From NCBI GenBank assembly GCA_964016885.1, contig OZ024745.1, forward strand, positions 34,286,001 to 34,350,000: 64,000 bases of DNA. Reading direction: 5' to 3'. Both the position numbers and the translations under genes were made by a program. This document shows, piece by piece, positions 54,914 through 64,000 of this stretch (position 1 is its first letter; each line of letters starts with the position of its first letter). Below the pieces are notes generated by a model. That model did not search any database. It was not told the origin of the DNA and worked only from the letters and a program-made list of their open reading frames with translations. Source of the DNA: Eledone cirrhosa. Lineage: Eukaryota.

Positions 54914-57152
54914 ATGAGCAGTGACAGAGAGAGAAAGAGAAAATTCTCGTGGCTTATGTAATGGAAATCAACATTATTCTTGACTACTTGACTAGATCAA
55001 CAACACATTGTCTTGCCAGATTACTTGTAGGTGGGATTACACTTCCATCGTATATTTTCTTCGTGGATATATGTAGTCTAATACCATGTTTCTAACTTAA
55101 CCAATCAATATTGATATTTAAATTCACGTCATCAAATGCCAACTTGATAACCTAACTTTGCCTTTTGTTATTTCGTGGACGATATAAAGCGTACCAGTAT
55201 AATTGTGCTTGACTATAATATTGTTAATAGGGTGGATGGGATGCTTTGTAGGGTCTTCTCTGTCTTTGTTCACTCTGAGTTATAATCCGTCTCCTGTCAC
55301 CAGAAATGTGATGACGCTTTTGCCATGTGTTGCGACTGTCAGGATGTGTCACCACCGGCAAAACCAATGAAAATTTGCATCCTTAGTCCGATCTGAAGAT
55401 TAGATTTTACATCCACTTCAATCTTATCATTTCTCACTTTATTGGCGGCTCAGTCTGTAAACTAGATGCCTCTAATGTTTCGATCTAAATAATTATATGG
55501 CAAACCTATTAAAAAAATATGAGTATCAGAATAATCAATCATTCCATATATAGGTTGTGTTTGTTGTAATCGCCGAGGTCAATTTTGTCTTTCATTCTTC
55601 ATTAGTCGATAAAATTGAATATCAGTAATGAACTGGTGGTAGTATAATCAAATTCCGCTCAGATGAGTTATACTAAAATTAAGTAATTACATCGTAGAAG
55701 AGTCACTTAAACTATTCACCCCTACCCCAAACCAACTATTGAACTCGCTTTACATTTATCATTTATTTCTTTGTGTTAAATGCTTTGCGACCTGGACACT
55801 AATACTAAATATAAATTAAAGTTAAACCGATTTTATGTGGCTACAATGACTCTTCCACGATCTAATTGCGTTAGTTTTAACACACAGTCTCAAATCAAGT
55901 CACTTACCAGGCATGAACAAATTAGAAACTAATATATTCCTACAAATAAAAAGACGTTTCTCTAGTAATATATTTCTTAATTTCCAAAGAGATATGGTGT
56001 CATTTTGGCGGATGTTAAGTATAGTAATTGTATACATCGTTCCAACAACATTCGTGTTCAAAGAAACTTTGATGACATTATTTCTTATAGGGTTCCTTTA
56101 CTGAAGCCAAACATATATTAAAATGTCAATACATAATCAACCATTATCAATGAGTTTGCACACTTGATAAATGTCTAAAATTATGGCTGACCTTTACACC
56201 CTGACTAATAGTCTTCTCATATGATTCATCACTTCACATTTCATTAAATATCAACATCATCTGGGAGCAATGTAGTTTTCTTTTGTTGAGAAATACTAAC
56301 TTGTAGTCAGGATGTTGTTAAATAGATAAAAGCTTGCTTAATGTAAACATTTTCAGCTATAAACCAATATAGCATTTTACAGAAATTAGAATAGGATACT
56401 CTCATATCAGCAAAACGTTTACAGGTTTATATTCCAGAGATGCAATAGTGTTGTAAATATATCCCATTAAGCATTATTTTGTTGGTTTCAAGAAATGTTA
56501 TGTCCCATACATCAAACGGTACATATCCGTAAAAAGTAAAATATATGATCGCAAAAATATTGGATTCCGATATTTAAAACAAAATAGATATAGAGGGATT
56601 CTAGTCTTAAGTGCAAGATTTTCTGGACAAACAATTATTTATTTTTTATTAGACTGAGTCCATACTGGGGCATCGCTTTAAATGGTTTTAGTTGATTATG
56701 TAGACCTCCAATTATTTATTTTTTCAAATTTTAGACATCGATTTCGTTTCTATCAGACTAAGTTACAGGACATAATCATGCCCCCCCTCCCCCTCCAATA
56801 TATATATTAAGTAAGAAAGATGGAGGAAAAAAGTTACTCCAAAACTTAATTTTAATTTTTAGTTTTTAACGCGTATTAATTCTTTTTAATTTTCTATTTC
56901 AATACTCAACATTTGATAAGATGAATTTTGCTAATACATTGAAATCGGTAATACTTTATATACTTTATATACATTATAAAACTTTTTAAAAAGAATTGTC
57001 CATCTCTTTTTTTCAATAATGTCACTTTGTTGAATCAAAGAAAGGATAAAAAAAAAGATAAACAGACCCTAAAATATATTTTCCATGCCATTTCCAACTT
57101 CACCTTTTCTCTATATCCAATGTTTTGTATAGAACCTTACTTCCCTTTTCTA

Positions 57153-57205
<53 letters not shown>

Positions 57206-57279
57206 GCCGATTTTGGGGGTTTGAAACGCTGAAAATATATGTATATAGATATAAGTATAAAGAAAGTACTCAAGCACAG

Positions 57280-57600
57280 AAATGCGTGACCCTCCTTGAG
57301 TGACCATACTTGGCTTGCCAGCTTCGTGGACAATCGCTTGTCAGAGTGTCTATAGGTCATCTGATTGTTGAGGAAGAGGCCATCCGACATACCTACATAT
57401 GTCTTGACCTCTTGCTGTTGATTCGGCCGGGTGAATGTAACTTAATCCCCATAGACGACTGTGGGTGTGTTACACTGTTGTTGTAAGGCACAGGATTCTG
57501 GCTTTCTGCAAGAGCATCCGGATGGGGCAGCACTCTTGGAGTCCGTGGTGTTGAGAGCTTTCATATTTTTAGTACAGGAGTATACGAGTTGCACAAGGAA
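57280..57600 (-). mobile_element. Penelope-like element GIY-YIG fragment
   Basis: VYSCTKNMK..CSCRKPESCALQQQCNTPTVVY..KTYVGMS..STKLASQVWSLKE; disrupted by a stop and deletions; flanked by microsatellites. Confidence 0.75.
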
Positions 57601-57825
57601 CCGTTCTTCCAAGGTTTTCCCGCGTACAACAATCTTACTCGGATTACCTCCCAACCAAGTCATAAATACTTCCATTCTCACCATAACCATACACGAGTTA
57701 AAGAATTCTTCGGGTGAAACCCGTGTTCCTAAGAATGGTTTGTTAATTTGTTGAGGAACTAATTCTATACCAAACTCGTCGTATGGACTGAGTGCTCTAC
57801 CAACTTTTGCTATAAACTCCCGGTT

Positions 57826-57917
<92 letters not shown>

Positions 57918-59406
57918 TTATATATGTATATATGTATATATATATATAGAGATATATATCAAATTGAAACTATTAGTTGTACTGAATAGGAGATAACTTC
58001 AATATTTCGTATCATATAAAAACTTAAATACCTATAAATAAAAGTTTTCTTAAAGTAACGTCTGAAAAGCATCTTGAAATTCTACCAGATAACAAATGAT
58101 GGTTAAATTTCCACCGTGGACAACGCATTAGATATTTCGAGGAAATAGGTTTTCTTAATTGATATATTGAGGATAATATGAATAGTTACTTAATATTTTT
58201 ATGTAAAATAATTGGTCGCCATTGTTACTATGTTTGTGTGTCTTTGTGAGAACGTGTGTGTGTGTGTGTGTGTGTATGTGTGTGTGTGCATGTATGTGTT
58301 TACCAGTGTATGTGTGTAAATGTTGCTGTGTATGTGTATCTATTTGTGTGTGTGTGTGTGTGTGTGTACATACATCTACACGTCCGTCTATACAGGCATA
58401 CATATATACGCACATCCATTCATCCATCCACCTATTCGTAAATACATACATACATCATTCTTCTTCTTCTTCTTCCCCAGGGACGCCTAACAGAGGGTCC
58501 TATTAGCAGCGAAAGCTATAAATCATCTGTCTGAATTCCCACGCGATAAGAAGCAAGCTTATGGATGTTATGCAATCATCTTTCTTATAACCACACGTCC
58601 GTATTATCGGATCTGTGATCTCTCAATTTAAAGGTAACGTGACTACCTGAAATGGACACCCTGTTCTCCCAGTCACTCACCCTCTCGCGTAACGTTACTC
58701 TGAAGTCTTTATGTAAGGATAGGTCCGAACACATCTACCCCTTCTTCTGATAACCAAGTGCTGAACATGGCGCATTATACCACCAAATCCTGGAATTTTT
58801 TACTTTAATTCTACCTCTATGATTTCAATCACACCTGAAAAAGTCACTCGATTCAGTATAACATTATAACATAATTTCGGCAAACAATGATTAGGGGATA
58901 TATTATTGCGTGGTATGATTTACATATCGTTTGGACCGAAAATGCTCTTCTACAGTCGCTCTCACAAATTTCCAAATATCGAAATTATCATGCCCATACT
59001 CTGATCTACCTCTTCACTGAACTGACAATCACTATTTATTGTACAGTCCAGATATGTAAAGTTAACTTGCCTCTAGCAGTTTGTGTCAATTAGCTTCTTG
59101 TCAGACGATGACTGATAGAGAACAGACAGATAGAATAAGAATAATGTTGGTGCTAATCCACAATCCTGCTGGACTTTAACTGTAACATAAAACTTTGCAG
59201 AGCTGTACAACTGTCTACGTGTTGTACTATTTTACAAGATTACCAGTAGCAATTTTCTGGATATCAGATTTTTGTCTTGACACGTCTATTTCTTATCAGA
59301 TGATGTTAAGCAGTGACATATTTGTAATCAGGCGATAGTAAACTGTCGTTTGTCACTTAGATTATTGTGTAGTGGACTGATGAAAGGATTAGTCGAACCT
59401 TTAATA

Positions 59407-59582
59407 GTTGTTCTACTTTAGGCACAAGGCCAGCAATTACCCAGTACATTACTGGTACTTTATTTTATCGACCCCGTAAGGATGAAAGACAAAGTCAATC
59501 TCGGCGGGATTTGAACTCAGATCGTAAAGGGACGTAACTATGCTGGAAAGCATGGCGTCCGACCCTCTATCAATACTGCCAA
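59407..59582 (-). mobile_element. SINE S1
   Basis: nearly identical to 17462-17647. Confidence 0.88.
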
Positions 59583-60634
59583 TAATATTATGGATTTGAC
59601 TAAAAACTCATTGTTTTAAACGTTTTACGTGTCCAAGAGTAAAGATCAAACACAATATAAAAAACATCCTGGATTTCTAAAGTAGAAATATTTCATTCTT
59701 GATTTTTGTTGTTGTGGTTACTATTACCCTTTCGTGTCTATATCAAATATTTCCATTATGTTTTTAAGCCAGTAAGTTTGGGAATCTAGGATTGTTGTTT
59801 GTAAGACTTGAAATATATATTAAAAACTGTTAGCATAATTTCACAGAAGATTCTGACAGGAATCGCCACGAGAAAGTTCATGTTGTGACTCCTAATATGA
59901 CACTGAGTAATTGTCGTCTTATATGTGTCAACTTCATCGCAACATTATCAATATTTCTTTGCTTAGAGTCAAAGCTGAACGTTTTTATTGAGAGGTTAAA
60001 TGGATCTCCGACATTTATGTGCGTCTTTCGGAAGTCACCCGCATATGGGAATTACTAACTTGAGCAACCGGAACTGAAATGGCACACTACCGTGAATGAC
60101 TAGTCATCTTTTGAAGTTATAATCTATGTACGAATGAGAAAAAGTGGGCTACACTAAACTATACTCCCTTTCACATTTGTAGTATTTTCCCTGCTGTCAC
60201 TGTTAGAAAATAGGATAATAAGAAATCTTAAACGGATACACTGAAAAGATATTGCCAAGCAAACAACGAACCAACTATCAATACATTGTTAGAAAGATAA
60301 ATAAGAGAATCCTAATGAAACAAATGAATCTGATACTCTCGAAAAAGATTTTAGTAGGAAAATATGAATATTTGATACAATATTATAGTAACAGATATAA
60401 TATGGAAAGAAGACATTGTTTCAAGTGACAAGTAGTTTTAAAACAACAAAAGACACACGTAAATAAACACAGATAAAATTTAAGAAATTTATCAATTCGT
60501 GCCCCAAATTCTATAAGTATTTTTCATATTTGTAGTATGACAGATAGCTGGAAGTAATGCTATTAACGTATTAGCGTACTTCGCTTTGTTTTGGGGGAAG
60601 AAAATAGATTCTAAACAGAAATAATATAGTCAAT

Positions 60635-60681
<47 letters not shown>

Positions 60682-60718
60682 TACATAAATAATATATAAA
60701 TATATATATATGCATATG

Positions 60719-60760
<42 letters not shown>

Positions 60761-60911
60761 TAAATACATACCTCCCAAACTATCTATCTGTCTATCTATC
60801 TATCTATGTGTCTATATGTAAACTTCCCCCTTTGTATTTGTCCCCTTCTTTTGTGCCCCTGTGGCTAATAAAGAAATATATCTATGTGTCTATCTATCTA
60901 TCTGTCTATCA

Positions 60912-61740
60912 CCCTTGGAGAGTCGCTGGACATGGAAGAAGACGAACTGGCCAGCCTGTTCGGTAGGACTTTCGGCCCAGGACCAATGGACAACTTCCAG
61001 AAGTCACTGGCCTGGCAGTGCTACCGGGGGCTCTACCCGTTCGAGAGAGGCTCTACAGACACGGGCGCCCGGGCAGGGATCCCTCAAAAAAAGATTTGCC
61101 CTAGATGCGTGCGTCACGAAGAAACCGTTGCGCACGCATTGGTGCAATGTCCGGGCGTGGCTGATCTGTGGGGCTACGCCGAACGACTGCTGTCGCGGGT
61201 GGCGCCGATTCAATTGACCGCCGAGTCCGTGATGACAATCAAACCGCCTCCCCTCTTCACAAAGGAAGCAAAGGCGGTTTTTCTGTGCGTAATAGCCATG
61301 TTGAAAGAGGTTGTTTGGTGGACACGATTGAAAGGTCTGAGGTCAGGCAACTTCCTCTCTGGCCATAGTCTGGTCTACTTCCTCCGATATCACTTCGGAA
61401 GAAGGATAAGAATGGAGAGAGAGGTGCTTGGCCACAGGCAGTTTTATGAAAGGTGGGTGATAGTGGCGAGAATGGCTCGTGTAAATGGGCCTTCTCTGTA
61501 TACCATCCTGTAGGTAAAGAAGTAAAGGAGAGGGGAGCACCTTCTCCATGTGCTCCCCGGGCAAAGGATTGCACACTTTTTCGGGGGAGGGGGGGGGGGG
61601 TGCAACCCCCATCACGTCCCCTCCCTTTTGAGGTTATTTTCGATTATTTTCATGTTACACCCTTTTTACTCGATTATATGTAAACTCCCCCTTTGTATTT
61701 GTCCCTTCTTTTTATGCCTTTATGGTAAATAAAGAAATAT
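60912..61740 (+). mobile_element. L1/Tx1 3' fragment (ORF2 zinc-binding C-terminus and 3' UTR) in (TATC)n
   Basis: SLAWQCYRG..CPRC..ETVAHALVQC..W; stop at 61513; AATAAA then TATC repeats; a short extra 3' end at 60815-60880. Confidence 0.85.
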
Positions 61741-61763
61741 ATCTATCTATCTGTCTATCTATC

Positions 61764-61804
<41 letters not shown>

Positions 61805-61841
61805 TACATAAATAATATATAAATATATATATATGCATATG

Positions 61842-61907
<66 letters not shown>

Positions 61908-61959
61908 TAAATACATACCTACCAAACTATCTATCTGTCTATCTATCTATCTATCTATC

Positions 61960-62236
61960 AATGGCCCGAGTGATTGGGCCTTCTCTGTTTATAAACCTGT
62001 AGGTTGAGGAAGAGAGCAAAAGGAATAAAGGAGCGCTTGCACAACACGCTCCTGGAGTTCAGGGTTGTTCTATCGACGGGGTATTAAACAACCCATTTGT
62101 GGCGCCTCCCCTCTATTGGGGATTTCGATTGTTGAAATTGTTTGTTTTTATATTTTTTACACGACTGTATGTAAAATCCCCGGCATGTATTTGTATTGTC
62201 CCCTTTACTTGTTGCGCCCTTGTGGCTAATAAAGAA

Positions 62237-62238
<2 letters not shown>
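61960..62238 (+). mobile_element. L1/Tx1 extreme 3' fragment
   Basis: matches the ORF2 end at 61465-61513 and the UTR at 3575-3832. Confidence 0.8.
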
Positions 62239-62273
<35 letters not shown>

Positions 62274-62274
62274 G

Positions 62275-64000
62275 GACGCATTATACTTGAATCCAAGCAG
62301 ATGTGCGCACCCTTCCATCAGCATTTTGCACGACTGTTCGGGCAAAGCGGTACATCGAGCGAGGTGATGGACTTCAGCTCTTACCTCGATGGAGTATCGC
62401 TACTCTCGAGCACGGATACGGAGAGCTGCGAAAGGCCGATCACAGCGGGCGAAATAGAAGATGCCCTAGGCCGCTGCGGGAAACGCAAATCACCCGGTTT
62501 AGATGGTCTACCCTATGAGTTTTACATAGGCATGTCAGATTTGTTCTCTGGCGTCCTCGAAGCGGTCTACTGTAACTGGCAACAGAACGGGAGGATTCCC
62601 AGTTCTGTAGGCAGAGGCGTAGTAACGCTGATCAGGAAAGATGAGAACAAGGGGGATGAGATAAGCAATTTCAGGCTCATAACTCTGCTCAACACAGAGT
62701 TAAAGATGTTGGCCAAGGGGTTAGCAACGAGGCTGGCGCTTGTCGTCGAGAACCTGGTAGGGGAAGCCCAAACGTGTGCAATCCCGACCAGGTCCATATA
62801 CGACAACCTCCACCTCATGCCATACATCATAAAGAGGGTAGGGTGTAAACCTGGCTTTGGCGGGGCTCTGATCAATTTAGATCAGTCTAAGGCATTTGAT
62901 AGGGTCGACAATCAATACTTGGAAGCAGTTCTCAAGGCGGCCGGCTTCGGTCCCGTTTTCAGAGGCTGGATCGCTGCCATGCACACCAGCATCTGCTCGG
63001 AGTCAAGGTGAATGGCTACCTATCAGATCCATTCCAAATCATGCGTTCCATCCGTCAGGGATGCCCTCTCTCCTCCATTCTGTATGTACTGACTCTCGAG
63101 CCGTTACTGCGGAAATTAGAGCTGTTGCTGGGCAACCCGATCGAACCAGGACTGTGGAAAGCAGCGTCAGCCTATGCCAACAACATAACCGTAATGGTGT
63201 CGAAAACCTCGGAAATCAGGGTAATTGGCAACCTATTACAGGAATACGAAACGTTGACAGGAGCAAGACTAAACCCAAACAAGTCTGTCGGTTTGCAACT
63301 CGGCACATGGAGAGGAAAACCCATGCCTTCCGATAGTGTCGTTGGACGCTGGACGGAAGGACCGGTGAAATTGCTCGGGGTCTGGTTCGGTCCAGACCTC
63401 CAGGTGAACAAGAACTGGAACGAGGTCACGGCGAAGGTGTTTGCACTCACCCAGAACTGGGCTGAGTGCAAACTCTCCTTCAAAGGTCGAGCGGAGGTGG
63501 CGAACACTTACATAGCGTCCGTCATCTACTACCGCTTGACAGTCGTGCCTTGCCCTCGCGAATACCTTACCAAAATGGAACGCCTACTCTTCAAGTTCCT
63601 CTTGAAGAAACAGGCTCCATTGGTGAGGAGATCCATATGCTGTCAACACCCTTCTAACGGAGGGCTGGGCATGCCGTGGCTGATGATGCGCAAACATGCG
63701 CTGAGGCTACGCCATCTCCAGGTATTCCTGACCGGTGAACCGGTGTGGCTGTCGTTTGTGAGACAAGCCCTTCCACAACTCGTCTCACTAACAGGGCTGC
63801 AGTCCTGGGTCAAGCGAAGACCGAAAATGGGTGCCTGGCAGCTCGAGTGCCTACAGGCGCTCACAGCCTTCTACCAAGCGGAAACGGCAATCAGTGGAGA
63901 CTCCACTTCGACATTCTATAAGGGATTAGTGGAGGATAAATGCAACGACGTTCTCGGGAAAACTCTAGGCATCGAGGAGAACGAACTGACCAGTCTGTTG
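62275..64000 (+). mobile_element. 5'-truncated L1/Tx1 ORF2 reverse transcriptase region (inactive), running off the window
   Basis: KSPGLDGLPYEFY, NFRLITLLNTELK, LDQSKAFDRVD, frameshift ~63000, IRQGCPLS, YANN in place of YADD, LLGVWFG, LSFKGR, GGLGMP. Confidence 0.92.

Noticed and set aside
57280-57600. Selenocysteine (in-frame TGA) recoding in PLE fragments
   Set aside because: The interrupting stops seen are TAA (57442) and TAG (28937), not TGA at Cys positions

Overview
AT-rich, microsatellite-saturated eukaryotic DNA, intergenic or intronic. The repeat types suggest an octopus/cephalopod genome (inference). I found no intact host gene; nearly all ORF-track entries are microsatellite artefacts. 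Recognisable coding sequence is all decayed retroelement: a near full-length RLE-type (R4/Dong-like) LINE in (ATAC)n, two CRE-like endonuclease fragments, a 5'-inverted RTE fragment, L1/Tx1 pieces in (TATC)n, and three Penelope-like element (PLE) GIY-YIG fragments. There are also many tRNA-derived SINEs and a mini Tc1/mariner MITE. The main signal not shown by the ORF track is a dense set of type I hammerhead ribozyme (HHR) motifs from at least six unrelated sequence families, all in (TA)n-inserted PLE ends. They include U3-A8 and U10.1-U11.1 core variants and a 462-bp tandem HHR unit. Many of these elements are palindromes, and in one family the fold-back point maps to the HHR stem II hairpin. 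Several inverted duplications are centred exactly on (TA)n tracts. All alignments and folds were done by eye, so boundaries are approximate.
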